The notes: generated by a model not told the origin, from the sequence alone. Counted from the stretch's first letter, positions 1-14,342 are shown. The stretch: 64,000 bases of DNA from Dehalococcoidia bacterium (GCA_965247775.1 OZ252031.1:1621496-1685495); one strand, 5' to 3'. Translations and numbers: made by a program.

Positions 1-3167
<3,167 letters not shown>

Positions 3168-3189
3168 CGAGGCCGGAAAGGAGCGTCGC

Positions 3190-3981
3190 ATGACCTACGA
3201 GGACATCATCTACGAAGTGCAGGACGGCATCGCCCGGCTGACGCTGAACAAGCCGGAGAAGCTGAACGCGCTGTCCTGGGACACCTGGGCGGAGCTGGAA
3301 TCGGCCTGGACCGAGGCCCAGAACGACGACGGGACGAACGTGCTCCTGATGACCGGCGCCGGTCGCGCCTTCAGCGCCGGCACAGACCTGACCGCCCGCA
3401 CGACGGCGGGCCGCCCGCGCCCCTACCCGGGGCGGGTGGGGCAGCTACGCACGCGCCACCTGGGTCCTGCGCTGCTGTACAGCTTGCAGAAGCCGACGAT
3501 CGCGGCCGTGAACGGGGTCTGCGTGGGGGCCGGGCTGAGCATCGCCTGCGCCTGCGACATCCGCATCGCCTCGGAGGCGGCGCGCTTCAGCGCGATCTTC
3601 GTCAAGCGGGCGCTGAACGCGGATACGGGGTCGTCCTGGCACCTGCCGCGGCTGGTGGGGCGGGAGCAGGCGATGCGGATGCTGTTCACCGGTGAGATGG
3701 TACCGGCCGAGCGGGCCCTGGCGATGGGCCTGGTGAGCGAGCTGGCGCCGGCGGCGGAGCTGGAGGAGCGGGCACTGGCGCTGGCAGGGGAAATCGCGCG
3801 CGGTCCGTCTGTGGCCATTGAGATCATGAAGCGGCTGGTGCGGGAGAGCGAGACGACATCGTTGCGGAACCACATTGAGCTGGAGGAGTACCTGCAGCGG
3901 ATCACCTACCAGACGTCGGACGTGGAAGAGGGGCGACTCTCGTTTCTGGAGAAGCGGGAGCCGGTCTTCCGCGGTGGCTAG
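3190..3981 (+). CDS. Enoyl-CoA hydratase/isomerase (crotonase) family protein
   Basis: 263 aa, LNKPEKLNAL...GAGRAFSAGTDL...AAVNGVCVGAGL crotonase fold motifs. Confidence 0.8.
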   Translation: MTYEDIIYEVQDGIARLTLNKPEKLNALSWDTWAELESAWTEAQNDDGTNVLLMTGAGRAFSAGTDLTARTTAGRPRPYPGRVGQLRTRHLGPALLYSLQKPTIAAVNGVCVGAGLSIACACDIRIASEAARFSAIFVKRALNADTGSSWHLPRLVGREQAMRMLFTGEMVPAERALAMGLVSELAPAAELEERALALAGEIARGPSVAIEIMKRLVRESETTSLRNHIELEEYLQRITYQTSDVEEGRLSFLEKREPVFRGG

Positions 3982-4207
3982 GTGGCGCGGTAATCCCGGC
4001 GGGCGGCCGGCCATCGAGCACGGAGCGCATCGGACGCCGGGCTCTCCGGCGGCGAGACCGCGCCCGCGGGAACCCAGGAGAAGGGTGCGGCGTTAGGCCG
4101 ATCGTGCGGCCCCTCCCAGGCTGGGCCGTCCGCTTTCCGCCCCCGGGGGCGCGATATATAGTGGCCCGGGCGGCGCGGGCCGCCCATCTGTCGCCTGTCC
4201 GCTGAAG

Positions 4208-5278
4208 GTGCTCATGAGGCTCAACCCGCTGGCCTGGATACTCGGCCGCTTGTCGCACGACATCGGCATTGATCTGGGGACCGCGAACACGCTGGTCACC
4301 GTCAAAGAGCGCGGCATCGTCATCGATGAGCCGTCGGTCGTGGCGATCGATCGCAACACGAAAACCGTCCTCGCGATCGGCGCGGAGGCGAAGCGCATGG
4401 TGGGCCGGACACCCGCCAACATCGTCGCTGTGCGGCCGCTCAAGGACGGCGTCATCTCCGACTTCGACGTGGCGGAGAAGATGCTGCAGTATTTCGTCCG
4501 CGCGGTCCATGATCGCTTCGGCTGGGGCCTGCCGCGACCGCGGGTGGTGGTGGGGATGCCCTCGGGGGTCACGGAGGTGGAGAAACGGGCGATCTACGAC
4601 GCGGTCACCAACGCCGGCGCGCGCGAAGCCTTCCTCGTCGAGGAGCCGCTGGCCGCTGCCATCGGCGCCGGCCTCCCGATCCTGGACGCGAGCGGCACGA
4701 TGATCGTGGACATCGGTGGAGGCACGACGGAGGTGGCGGTGCTGGCGCTGGGCGGGATCGTCGTCAGCACGTCGATCCGGATCGCCGGCGACGAGGTGGA
4801 CGCGGACATCATCAGCTACGCCCGCCAGGTCCACAACATGTTGATTGGCGACCGCTCGGCGGAGGAGATTAAGATCGAGGCGGGATCGGCCTTCCCTCTG
4901 GAGCGGGAGCGCCCGGTGGTGCTGCGCGGGCGGGATCTATCGACGGGGCTGCCCAAGCGTGTGGAGATCAGCAGTGTGGAATTGCGGGACGCGCTGAGCG
5001 CGTCGATCAGCGGCATCGCGGGCGCCGTGCGGCAAACGATCGAGATCACGCCCCCGGAGCTGGTGGCGGACCTGATGAATCAAGGCATCGCTCTGGCGGG
5101 GGGCGGCGCTCTGTTAGCCGGGATGGACCGGCGAATTTCGCAAGAGACGAAATTCCCGGTGTACGTGGCTGAGGATCCGCTGACCTGCGTGGTCCGCGGC
5201 TGCGCCGAGGTCCTGGAGGAGGCGGAGATGCTGATGAAAGTCCGCTCGCAGATGACAACCTGGCGCGGGCGCCGTTAG
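4208..5278 (+). CDS. mreB: Rod shape-determining protein MreB
   Basis: IGIDLGTANTLV actin-like phosphate-1 motif, DIGGGTTEVAV; GTG start, possibly ATG at 4214. Confidence 0.9.
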   Translation: MLMRLNPLAWILGRLSHDIGIDLGTANTLVTVKERGIVIDEPSVVAIDRNTKTVLAIGAEAKRMVGRTPANIVAVRPLKDGVISDFDVAEKMLQYFVRAVHDRFGWGLPRPRVVVGMPSGVTEVEKRAIYDAVTNAGAREAFLVEEPLAAAIGAGLPILDASGTMIVDIGGGTTEVAVLALGGIVVSTSIRIAGDEVDADIISYARQVHNMLIGDRSAEEIKIEAGSAFPLERERPVVLRGRDLSTGLPKRVEISSVELRDALSASISGIAGAVRQTIEITPPELVADLMNQGIALAGGGALLAGMDRRISQETKFPVYVAEDPLTCVVRGCAEVLEEAEMLMKVRSQMTTWRGRR

Positions 5279-5281
5279 GGC

Positions 5282-6172
5282 GTGATGACGCTCCTGCAAT
5301 CCCGGCTAGGCCAGTGGCTACTGGGCATGGCGGCGCTCATCGTCTTACTCGCGACGCTGGCGGCGCTCGGCGTCGCGCAGCCCGTGGAGGAAGCGGCGTC
5401 GACCGTGTTCGGCCCCATTCAGCGCGGCCTGCGCCGAGCCGCGGAGCCTGTCGCGAACCTGGTGGAGAGCGTCGACGAGTTCGACACCGTCGATGATGAG
5501 AACCGGGCTCTCCGCAATCGCATCGAGCAACTGGAGGCGGAGACCGCCCGCCTGCGCGAGACGCAGATCCAATTCCGCGGGCGGGAGGCGCTGCTTGCGG
5601 TGCAAGAGGCCTCGGACGAGATCTTCCTGACGGCGGGCGTGATCACGCGCGACCTCACCGGCCTGCTGGACGTCATTGCCCTCGACCGGGGCAGCAACGA
5701 CGGCGTTGAAGAGGGCATGGCCGTGCTCGCCGCCGGTGGCAGCCTGGTAGGCACCATCATGGAGGTGCGCCCGGGGTCCTCCTTTGTCCGGCTGCTGACG
5801 GATCCCGGGGGCAGCGCGCGAACGTTGCACCAACTGAGCCGCTCCGAGGGCGTGGTCAGCGGCGATACGGGCGGCAACCTGCGGGTCGATTTCATCCCTC
5901 GCACCGCCGACGTGCAGCCAGGCCATCTGTTCGTGACATCGGGCCTAGGGGGGCTGCTGCCCAAGGGCATCCCGGTTGGCCGTGTCGTGTCGGCGGAGGG
6001 ATCGGCGCAAGAGGTCTTCATGCGGGTCCGGCTGGAACCACTGGCGCCGCTGGACGAACTCGAGCTGGTGCTGGTCCAGATCACCTTCCGCCCCGAACCG
6101 CTGCCCCCGCCGGGCAGCGAGGTCGCGGAGGACGGCGCGGAGACGCAGGCCGCGGAGACCGCGGCGCCATGA
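5282..6172 (+). CDS. mreC: Rod shape-determining protein MreC
   Basis: N-terminal TM, coiled coil (ENRALRNRIEQLEAETARL), C-terminal beta domain; sits directly after mreB. Confidence 0.7.
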   Translation: MMTLLQSRLGQWLLGMAALIVLLATLAALGVAQPVEEAASTVFGPIQRGLRRAAEPVANLVESVDEFDTVDDENRALRNRIEQLEAETARLRETQIQFRGREALLAVQEASDEIFLTAGVITRDLTGLLDVIALDRGSNDGVEEGMAVLAAGGSLVGTIMEVRPGSSFVRLLTDPGGSARTLHQLSRSEGVVSGDTGGNLRVDFIPRTADVQPGHLFVTSGLGGLLPKGIPVGRVVSAEGSAQEVFMRVRLEPLAPLDELELVLVQITFRPEPLPPPGSEVAEDGAETQAAETAAP

Positions 6173-6657
6173 AGTGGCCACCGTTGATCCTGGGCGCCCT
6201 AGCGCTCACACTCCTGCAGACCTCCGCGGTGCCCGCCTTTCACCTGCTGGGGGTCGCGCCGAATCTCCTGCTCGTCGTGCTGTGTTGCTGGGCCGTGGTG
6301 CGGGACCAACGTGAGGCGTTGGTCATGGCGCCGCTCGCGGGGCTCTCGCTGGGACTGCTCTCGTTCCAAGGCATGGCGGAGTCCGTCGCGGCGTTCTTGC
6401 CGCTGGTGCTGATCGCGGCGCTGCGCGAGCAGGTCCGTCCCCCCAACGAGTACGCCTGGGCGCTGGCGGTGATCATCGGCGCTACGATCCTGCACTTCTT
6501 CGCCGTGGCCGTGACCATTCAGGTGGGTGGGGACAGCGTGGCTTGGCTGGACGCGCTCAGGGACGTGATGGTCCCCAGCGTGCTGACGAATCTCTTCATC
6601 GGCGCGCTCGTCTATTGGCTCGTGCGGCTGCCGACGCCGCAACCGGAGCCGGTCTGA
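6169..6657 (+). CDS. mreD: Rod shape-determining protein MreD (polytopic membrane protein)
   Basis: 162-aa multi-TM protein; overlaps the mreC stop by 4 nt and the mrdA start by 1 nt. Confidence 0.55.
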   Translation: MKWPPLILGALALTLLQTSAVPAFHLLGVAPNLLLVVLCCWAVVRDQREALVMAPLAGLSLGLLSFQGMAESVAAFLPLVLIAALREQVRPPNEYAWALAVIIGATILHFFAVAVTIQVGGDSVAWLDALRDVMVPSVLTNLFIGALVYWLVRLPTPQPEPV

Positions 6658-8705
6658 TGGGCCTCTTCACGGACCGCCGGCAGCCCGTGCTGCTCGTCCC
6701 GGCGGCCGAGGAGAATGCCGGGCTGCGCATCCGGGTCTGGCTGCTGGGCATCTTTGCGTTGATGCTCTTCGCGGTGCTGACGGTGCAACTCGTCCGGCTG
6801 CAGATCTTCCGGCAGGAAGAGTTCGAGGCGCTGGCGACGATCAATCGCATCCGGAACGAGAACCTCCCCGCGGAGCGCGGGCTGATTTACGATCGGGACG
6901 GGAACGCCCTGGTCGAAAACGTGCCGGCCTTCGCGATCTCCGTCGTCCCGGCCGACATCCCGGATGGGGAAGAAGCGGTGCTGGCGCAGCGGCTGGGCAG
7001 CGCCCTGGGCATCTCGCCCTTCGAGGTCGAGGCCGAGATCCTGGCGGGCAAGCGCAGCATCGACCCATTCTTCCCGCGGGTGCTGGAGACGAACGCGGAA
7101 CCGGAACTGGCCTTCGCGTTGTCCGCTCAGCGCGCCGCGCTGCCGGGTGTGCAGGTCGAGGCCGTGGCCAACCGCCTCTACGAGGAGAGCGACCTCCTCG
7201 CGCACATCCTGGGCTACGTCGGCCCGATCAGCCGGGACGAGTTCGCAGAGTTGGAGGCGGACCGGTACCGCATCTCGGACCGCCTCGGCCAGACGGGCGT
7301 GGAGGCGTCCTACGAGTCGCTCCTGCGCGGCGTCCCCGGCCGGCGCCAATTCGAAGTGAACGCCGAGGGACGGGAGCTTCGCACGCTCAGCGGCGAGGAC
7401 CCCGTCCCCGGCCACAGCGTGGTGCTGACGCTGGATCTGGAGCTGCAACGCCGGGTGCGAGACATCCTGCTGGAGTCGATGGGGGGGTCGCTGTTCGCCT
7501 CGGCGGTGGTCGTGGACGTGCGCAGCGGCGAATTGCTCGCGATGGTTTCCGTACCGGCCTATGACGCCAATCTGTTCACGGGTGATGTGGACGAAACGGC
7601 GCTGCAGGCGATCTTGGAGGACAAAGGGCGCCCGCTGGTGAATCACACCATCGCGGACCAGTTTCCGCCGGGATCGATCTTCAAGGTGATCACGGGCACG
7701 GCCGCCTTGCAGGAGCAGGTGATCGCGACGGGTGACGTGATCTTCTCACCCGGTGTGATCGAGGTGCAGAACGAGGTCGACGCGCGGATCACGTACACCT
7801 TCCGCGACACGACCAGCGGCAACTTCGACTTCGTGCGGGGGCTCGCGGAGTCGAGCAACGTGTACTTCTGGTACTTGTCCGGCGGGTCGCCCTTCCGCCG
7901 CCCGGTGCCGGAGGAGTTGCTGCCGCCGGAGGACCTGGCAGAGCAGCGGCGGCTGGAAGCGGAAGGCGTGATCGGCGGGCTGCAGGGATTCACCGGCTTG
8001 GGCGCGGAAGCGCTGGCGCGCTGGTCGCGGAACTTCGGGCTGGACGCCAGCACGGGCGTCGATCTGCAAGGGGAGGCCTCGGGCTTCATCCCCGACCCAG
8101 CCTGGAAGCTGCGGACGTTCGGGGAGGGCTGGGGTCAGGGCGACTCCTACAACTTCGGCATCGGCCAGGGATTCGTGGCCGTGACGCCGCTGCAGATGGC
8201 GATGGTGACGGCAGCGATCGCGAACGGGGGATCGGTCCTGGAGCCGCGTGTCGTGGGCGACATCGTCGATACGGCGGGCAGCGTTGTGGAGCCGTTCCGG
8301 CCGGTGGTGTCGCAACAGCTGAACGCGGACCCCGCAACGCTGGAGGCGGTGCGCCGCGGCATGGCGATGGCCGTGCTGGGCGGCACGGCGGGCAACGCCT
8401 GGATCCCGGAAATGCAAGTGGCCGGCAAGACGGGAACGGCGGAGTTCGGGGAAGAGGAGCTGTTCCGCGGTGACTTCCCGACGCACGGCTGGTTCCTGGG
8501 TTTCGCCCCGTACGAGGACCCCCAGATCGCGGTAGCGGTCTTCCACGAACTCGGAGCGGGCTTCCTCACCGCCTCCGCAGGGGCCGACGTCTTCCGCGCC
8601 TGGGGCGAACTCAACGACGTCTTCGGGACGGTCCTGCCGGCCCTGGGACAACTGCCGGTACGCACGGTGGAGGCGTTCAACGAGATCGCGAGCCGGCTGC
8701 CATGA
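6657..8705 (+). CDS. mrdA: Penicillin-binding protein 2 (peptidoglycan transpeptidase)
   Basis: N-terminal TM, PBP dimerisation domain, transpeptidase motifs SxxK (GSIFK), SSN (ESSNVYF), KTG (AGKTGTA); start at M39 of the ORF. Confidence 0.85.
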   Translation: MGLFTDRRQPVLLVPAAEENAGLRIRVWLLGIFALMLFAVLTVQLVRLQIFRQEEFEALATINRIRNENLPAERGLIYDRDGNALVENVPAFAISVVPADIPDGEEAVLAQRLGSALGISPFEVEAEILAGKRSIDPFFPRVLETNAEPELAFALSAQRAALPGVQVEAVANRLYEESDLLAHILGYVGPISRDEFAELEADRYRISDRLGQTGVEASYESLLRGVPGRRQFEVNAEGRELRTLSGEDPVPGHSVVLTLDLELQRRVRDILLESMGGSLFASAVVVDVRSGELLAMVSVPAYDANLFTGDVDETALQAILEDKGRPLVNHTIADQFPPGSIFKVITGTAALQEQVIATGDVIFSPGVIEVQNEVDARITYTFRDTTSGNFDFVRGLAESSNVYFWYLSGGSPFRRPVPEELLPPEDLAEQRRLEAEGVIGGLQGFTGLGAEALARWSRNFGLDASTGVDLQGEASGFIPDPAWKLRTFGEGWGQGDSYNFGIGQGFVAVTPLQMAMVTAAIANGGSVLEPRVVGDIVDTAGSVVEPFRPVVSQQLNADPATLEAVRRGMAMAVLGGTAGNAWIPEMQVAGKTGTAEFGEEELFRGDFPTHGWFLGFAPYEDPQIAVAVFHELGAGFLTASAGADVFRAWGELNDVFGTVLPALGQLPVRTVEAFNEIASRLP

Positions 8706-9832
8706 GCGCCGCGGGCCAGGCGCTGCGGGCCCCGGAAGGCCCCCGCTGGCGCAACTTCGACCCCATCCTGCTGGTCGCCGCGCTGGCCCTGACGGGGTAT
8801 GGGGCGCTGCTGATCTACTCGGCCGCGCTGCCCCGTGACGCCGACGGCGTGGTGATCAGCGAGCCGGTCGTCCGCCACATTGCGGCAGCGTCCGCCGGCG
8901 CGATCGCGATGTTCGTGGCGGCGCGGCTGAACTACCGGGTGCTGGATGTGCTGGGCTGGTTCGCGTACGGCTTCGGGCTGCTCCTGCTGCTGGCGGTGCT
9001 GGTCGTGGGGGTGGAGCAGTTCGGATCGCGACGCTGGTTCGACCTGGGCTTCACCCTGGTGCAGGCCTCAGAGGTCGCAAAGCTGCTGACGGTCATCGGG
9101 CTGGCGAAGTTCCTCACGGACTACCGCGACCGGCTGCACGAATGGCGCTTCTTCCTGGGCTCGCTCGGGGTAGCGCTGCTGCCGGCCTCGCTGGTGTTCC
9201 TGGAACCGGACGCGGGCAGCGCCAGCGTCTTCCTGGTGCTCTGGGCAGTGATGGCGGCGTTCGCCGGCGCCCGCATGAGGCAGTTCCTGATTCTGGGCGC
9301 GGTGGTGCTGGCGCTGGTGCCGGCCATACTGATTGTGGGCGTGGAGGATTACCAGCGGGACCGCATCTCCTCGTTCTTTAACCCGGTGGACGACGCCCAG
9401 GGGGCGGGCTTCAACGTGCTGCAGGCTGAGCTGGCCGTGGGATCGGGGGGGGTGACGGGCAAGGGCTTCACGGAGGGGACGCAAACCCAGCTCGACTTCC
9501 TGCGCACGCAAACGACGGACTTCATCTTCAGCGTGCTGGGAGAGGAGTTGGGCTTCGCTGGGGCGATGGTCTTGTTCGCGTTGTTCCTGATCCTGCTCTT
9601 ACGGCTGCTGCGGGTGATCCTGCAGGCGACGGACCCGTTCGGGCAGCTGCTGGTGGCCGGGATCGTGACGCTGATCGCGGTGCAGACGTTTATCGCCGTG
9701 GGGGTGAACATCCGGCTGATGCCAGTGACGGGGATCCCGCTCCCCTTCATCAGCGTGGGAAACGCCTCAATTCTGATGCTGTTCGCGGCGCTGGGGATCG
9801 TCCAGAGCATCCTCCTGCACCGCGATACGTAG
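8702..9832 (+). CDS. rodA: Peptidoglycan glycosyltransferase RodA (SEDS family)
   Basis: FtsW/RodA/SpoVE multi-TM protein; 4-nt overlap with the mrdA stop. Confidence 0.85.
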   Translation: MSAAGQALRAPEGPRWRNFDPILLVAALALTGYGALLIYSAALPRDADGVVISEPVVRHIAAASAGAIAMFVAARLNYRVLDVLGWFAYGFGLLLLLAVLVVGVEQFGSRRWFDLGFTLVQASEVAKLLTVIGLAKFLTDYRDRLHEWRFFLGSLGVALLPASLVFLEPDAGSASVFLVLWAVMAAFAGARMRQFLILGAVVLALVPAILIVGVEDYQRDRISSFFNPVDDAQGAGFNVLQAELAVGSGGVTGKGFTEGTQTQLDFLRTQTTDFIFSVLGEELGFAGAMVLFALFLILLLRLLRVILQATDPFGQLLVAGIVTLIAVQTFIAVGVNIRLMPVTGIPLPFISVGNASILMLFAALGIVQSILLHRDT

Positions 9833-9922
9833 GGGTAATCGGGCGGAGCCGGGGCAGCCACCGTTTCACCGGCGGGGGTGGGCGGCGGCGACCCCGAGCA
9901 GCCTCCGAGGTCCGCCGGAGCC

Positions 9923-12625
9923 CTAGTTCGTGGCGATGACGGGTTCTTCGCTGGGACTCGCGGGGGCCGGGGGGGCGTCGTCGCCGCCGCCGTGGCCGTT
10001 GCCACCGTCCCGATCGGAGCCTCCGCCGGACCCGCCGCCCTCGTCGGATCCGCCGCCCTCATCGCTGCCGCTGGAGTCGTCGGAGGCGCTGCCCTCATCA
10101 CTGCGGACGCTGCTCGCCAGGCGCTGGTAGTCCAGGTCTTGCTCTTCCTTGCCGTCGTCGTCCGTTTTGGTGACCAGGTCGACGCGGATGGTGTCGCCGG
10201 GTTCGAACTCACTCCGGAGCAGCGCCTCAGAGAGCGAGTCCTCCATCCGTTCCTGGATGACGCGGCGCAGCGGGCGGGCGCCGAAGACAGGGTCGTAGCC
10301 CTTTTCGCCCAGCCAGTCGCGGGCGGGGTCGGTCACCTCCAGGTTGAAGCCCTGCAGCGCGACCTGTTTGTCGATCTCGCGCAGCATTAGGTCCACGATC
10401 CGGCGGATGTGCGGCTTGCTTAGGGTATGGAAGACCAAGGTGGAGTCCACGCGGTTGAGGAACTCGGGGCGGAAGACGCGTTTCATCTCCGTGAGGACCT
10501 TGTCCTTCATGCGGTCGTACTGCTGGGCATCGGTCTGGGCCTCGTCGGACCTGACCGCGAAGCCGAGCGCGGATTCCTTGCGGATCAGGTCCGAGCCGAC
10601 GTTGGAGGTCATGATGATGATGGTGTTGCGGAAATCGACCTTGCGGCCCTTGGCGTCGGCCAGATGGCCGTCGTCGAAGACCTGGAGGAGCATGTTGAAG
10701 ACCTCGGGGTGGGCCTTCTCCACCTCGTCCAGCAGGATCAGGCAGTAGTTCTTGCGGCGCACGGTATCGGTTAGCTGGCCGCCGTCGTCGTAGCCCACAT
10801 AGCCGGGGGGCGCCCCCACGAGCCGGGAGACGGTGTGGCGCTCCATGAACTCCGACATGTCCAGCCGCACCATGTTCTCGTCCGAGCCGAACATGAACTC
10901 GGCCAGGGCGCGGGCGAGTTCCGTCTTGCCGACGCCGGTGGGCCCCAGGAACATGAAGACGCCGATGGGGCGGCGCGGGTCCTTGAGCCCGGCCCGGGCG
11001 CGGCGGACGGCCTTGGCGAGCGCTTTGATGGGCTCGTCTTGCCCCACGACGCGATCGTGGATGGCTTCCTCCATGTGGAGCAGGCGCTGGGACTCCTCGG
11101 TCGCGATCTGCACCAGGGGGATGCCGGTCCACATGGAGACGACTTCGGCGATGTCCTCGTCCGTGACGATGGGCTCGTCGTCGCCGCGCTTATCATCCAA
11201 GTCCTTCTCCAGCTCGCCGATCCGCTCCTGCAGCTTGAGTTCCCGGTCGCGCAGCTCCGCCGCGTGTTCGTACTGCTGCGAGTTGATGGCGGCTTCCTTC
11301 TCCTTGCGAATGCTCTCCAGGCCGACCATGGCCTCTTTCAGGCTGGGCGGCGTGTAGGAGCGGCGGATGCGGACGCGGGAGCCGGATTCGTCGATCAGGT
11401 CGATCGCCTTGTCCGGCAGCGCACGGTCGGAGATGTAGCGCGCCGACATTTCGGCGGCGGCCTTGATCGCCTCCTCGCTGATGGTCAGCTTGTGGTGCTG
11501 CTCGTACTGGCCCTTGATCCCGCGCAGGATCTCGATGGTTTCCTCGACGCTGGGCTCCTCCACGACGATGGGCTGGAAACGGCGTTCCAGAGCGGCGTCG
11601 CGCTCGATGTGCTTGCGGTAGTCGTCCAGGGTGGTGGCCCCGATCGTCTGGATTTCGCCGCGGGCCAGGGAGGGTTTGAGGATGTTGGCGGCGTCGACGG
11701 CGCCTTCGGCGGCGCCCGCGCCGACGAGCATGTGCATCTCGTCGATGAAGAGGACGCAGTTCTTGGCGTTGCGGATCTCTTCGATCACCTTCTTCAGGCG
11801 CTCCTCGAACTCGCCGCGGTACTTCGTGCCCGCCACGAGCGAGCCGACATCCAGGGTGAGGAGCCGCTTGCCTTGCAGGGTTTCGGGCACGTCCCCCGCC
11901 ACGATGCGCTGGGCCAGGCCCTCGACCACGGCGGTCTTGCCCACGCCGGGCTCGCCGATCAGCACGGGGTTGTTCTTGGTGCGGCGGGACAGGATCTGGA
12001 CGACGCGCTGGATCTCTTTTTCCCGGCCGATGACGGGGTCCAGTTGATCGCCGCGGGCCGCGGCCGTCAGATCGATGCCCAGTTGGTCGATGGTCGGCGT
12101 GCGGGTGGACTGGCGCGCTCCGCTGCCGCTGCCGCTGCCGGCGGTGGCGCCAGCGCCGCCGCTGCCACCGGTGGCGGGCGAACTCTGCGAGAGAATGCGG
12201 GTGGTTTCGCCCCGCACCCGCTCGAGGTTGACGCCCAAGCTCTCGAGGACGCCGGCGGCGATACCTTCGCCTTCGCGTACCAAACCAAGGAGCAGGTGCT
12301 CGGTGCCGATGTAGTGATGGTTGAGGCGCCGGGCCTCATCCACGGCCAGCTCGATCACCTTTTTGGCGCGCGGGGTGAGCCCGATCTCGCCGAGCACGGC
12401 GCGGTCTCCGCGGCCAATGATGAACTCCACGGCGGACCGCACCTTGCTGAGTTCTACACCGAGGTTGGCCAGGACCTTGGCGGCGACGCCGTCGCCCTCG
12501 CGAACCAGGCCGAGGAGCAGGTGCTCGGTGCCAATGTAGTTGTGGTTGAAGCGCTGCGCTTCTTCCTGGGCCAGTGTGAGGACCCGCCGCGCGCGCTCGG
12601 TGAACTTGTCAAAACGGTCGGCCAT
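9923..12625 (-). CDS. clpC: ATP-dependent Clp protease ATP-binding subunit ClpC, with an unusual acidic Gly/Ser/Asp-rich C-terminal tail
   Basis: Two Clp_N repeats, two AAA+ modules ([16 protein letters not shown]), UVR motif between them, ClpB-D2-small domain; about 70 extra low-complexity residues at the C-terminus. Confidence 0.9.
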   Translation of the reverse strand: MADRFDKFTERARRVLTLAQEEAQRFNHNYIGTEHLLLGLVREGDGVAAKVLANLGVELSKVRSAVEFIIGRGDRAVLGEIGLTPRAKKVIELAVDEARRLNHHYIGTEHLLLGLVREGEGIAAGVLESLGVNLERVRGETTRILSQSSPATGGSGGAGATAGSGSGSGARQSTRTPTIDQLGIDLTAAARGDQLDPVIGREKEIQRVVQILSRRTKNNPVLIGEPGVGKTAVVEGLAQRIVAGDVPETLQGKRLLTLDVGSLVAGTKYRGEFEERLKKVIEEIRNAKNCVLFIDEMHMLVGAGAAEGAVDAANILKPSLARGEIQTIGATTLDDYRKHIERDAALERRFQPIVVEEPSVEETIEILRGIKGQYEQHHKLTISEEAIKAAAEMSARYISDRALPDKAIDLIDESGSRVRIRRSYTPPSLKEAMVGLESIRKEKEAAINSQQYEHAAELRDRELKLQERIGELEKDLDDKRGDDEPIVTDEDIAEVVSMWTGIPLVQIATEESQRLLHMEEAIHDRVVGQDEPIKALAKAVRRARAGLKDPRRPIGVFMFLGPTGVGKTELARALAEFMFGSDENMVRLDMSEFMERHTVSRLVGAPPGYVGYDDGGQLTDTVRRKNYCLILLDEVEKAHPEVFNMLLQVFDDGHLADAKGRKVDFRNTIIIMTSNVGSDLIRKESALGFAVRSDEAQTDAQQYDRMKDKVLTEMKRVFRPEFLNRVDSTLVFHTLSKPHIRRIVDLMLREIDKQVALQGFNLEVTDPARDWLGEKGYDPVFGARPLRRVIQERMEDSLSEALLRSEFEPGDTIRVDLVTKTDDDGKEEQDLDYQRLASSVRSDEGSASDDSSGSDEGGGSDEGGGSGGGSDRDGGNGHGGGDDAPPAPASPSEEPVIATN

Positions 12626-12847
12626 CGGATTCCTCCCGTGATTCCGAGCCTATCAACGGTCCTCTAGAGCGTCTATGCGAAGGGCCTGCCGTGGGCACAC
12701 CGGGGACCGTATTCCCGGGCGCGGATCCCCGTACTCAACGTCGCGGGCTGGGGCCCGCCGGGCGGCCGTCCCCTGCTGAGGAGACGTTCCCCGCGGCCCG
12801 GCCGATGGCCGGGGCCGATCTCGCGACTGCAGAGCGAGGACCCTGGG

Positions 12848-14203
12848 TCAGTCGGCGCTGTCGGCTCGGAGATCCTGCTCCGAGAGGCCGGCTTTTTGCA
12901 GCGCCGCCTCCATGGCGGTGGCGGGGGCCGGCGGGGAAGGGGCGGCGGCGGGCGCATCCGCGGGGGACGCGTCCGGCGCGGCGGCGGCCAAATCCTCCGT
13001 GGCGGGAGGGGGCTCGCCCTGGGTGACCCCGAAGCGCGCCGCCACGTCGGCGGGGAGCATCTGGATACCACCCTCGTCGTTGAAGACCCAGCCGGACTGC
13101 TCGGCCTCGGGGCGGGCCTGGCGCAAGCTGAGGCCGAGACGATGCCGGTCCCGCTCAATCCGCACGATCTTGACCGGAACGACATCCCCTTCGGCGACGA
13201 CTTCGCGCGGGTGGGAGATCCGCCGGTCCACGAGTTCGGAGACGTGGATGAGCCCTTCCACGGGGCCGTCGATGCGGGCGAAGGCGCCGAAGGTGACCAG
13301 CTTCGTGACGACGCTGGCCACCACCTGATTGACGCCGTACTGCCCAACCACGTCGTCCCATTCCTCGGGGCGCGCGCGGCGGATGGAGAGGCCGATCTTC
13401 TTGCTCTCGTGGTCCACCTTCATGACGTAGACGTCTACCGGCTCCCCGATCTTGAAGAGCGCTTCGGGGTCGATATCGCGGTCCCAGGAGAGTTCGGAGA
13501 GGTGGACCAAGCCATCGGCGCCACCGAGGTCCACGAAGACGCCGAAGCTGCGGATGCTCGTGACCTTGCCCTTGCGGATCTCGCCTTCGTGCAGCTCCGT
13601 CAGCAGCCGGTCCTTCTGCTCCGCACGCCATTCCTGCATGGCGGCGCGTTCGGAGAGGATGACGCGGTTGCGGCGCCGGTTGATCTCAATCACCTTGAGC
13701 CGCAAGGTGCGCCCGACGAACTCGGCCAGCCCGCCGCCGTTCTCGCGGTCGGGGGCGGCGCCCACCACCTGGCTCAAGGGCACGAAGGCGTTCACTCCTT
13801 CTACGTTGACCAGGAGGCCGCCCTTGTTGAAGCCGGTCACGCCGGCCTCGAAGATCTCGCCGCTTTCGTGCCGGTTCTGCAGCTCCCGCCAGCCTTGCTC
13901 GCCGCGGGCGCGGTCTACCGAGAGGAGCAGTTGATCCTCTTCGACTTCGGGCTGGAGCACGTAGACCAGGACGGAGTCGCCCGCCCCCAGGGCGCCGCGC
14001 TGCTCGGGCGAGAGGGAATGCATCTCACTGGGGGCGACGATGCCCTCGGCTTTGGCGCGCACGTCCACGATGAGGCTATCGCCGGCACGGCCGACGACGG
14101 TCCCTTCGACGACGTCGCCGCGCTGGAGTTGCTCGAAGACTGGGCCTTCGGCTTCCAGGAGTTCGGCCATGCTGGGGGTGGAGGGGGGGGGGTTCTGGGC
14201 CAA
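12848..14203 (-). CDS. rpsA: 30S ribosomal protein S1 (four S1 domains)
   Basis: Repeated S1 OB-fold units (GxV.GxV.....GAFV.L....GL.H.SE), Ala/Pro-rich C-terminal tail. Confidence 0.85.
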   Translation of the reverse strand: MAQNPPPSTPSMAELLEAEGPVFEQLQRGDVVEGTVVGRAGDSLIVDVRAKAEGIVAPSEMHSLSPEQRGALGAGDSVLVYVLQPEVEEDQLLLSVDRARGEQGWRELQNRHESGEIFEAGVTGFNKGGLLVNVEGVNAFVPLSQVVGAAPDRENGGGLAEFVGRTLRLKVIEINRRRNRVILSERAAMQEWRAEQKDRLLTELHEGEIRKGKVTSIRSFGVFVDLGGADGLVHLSELSWDRDIDPEALFKIGEPVDVYVMKVDHESKKIGLSIRRARPEEWDDVVGQYGVNQVVASVVTKLVTFGAFARIDGPVEGLIHVSELVDRRISHPREVVAEGDVVPVKIVRIERDRHRLGLSLRQARPEAEQSGWVFNDEGGIQMLPADVAARFGVTQGEPPPATEDLAAAAPDASPADAPAAAPSPPAPATAMEAALQKAGLSEQDLRADSAD

Positions 14204-14289
14204 GTGCAGTGGGTGGGGCGCGCGGGGGCCCCGCTTCCTTTCGCGGAGGGGCCCATGGTACCGACGCGCGGGCGGCGGGGCAACCGGGG

Positions 14290-14312
14290 GGGGATTATAA
14301 GCCTAACTTGAC
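14290..14312. repeat. Left terminal inverted repeat of the IS1595-like unit
   Basis: Exact reverse complement of 17249..17271; preceded by AACCGGGG. Confidence 0.7.
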
Positions 14313-14342
14313 AGACGGGCGGGATTCCGGTATCGTCAGGGC

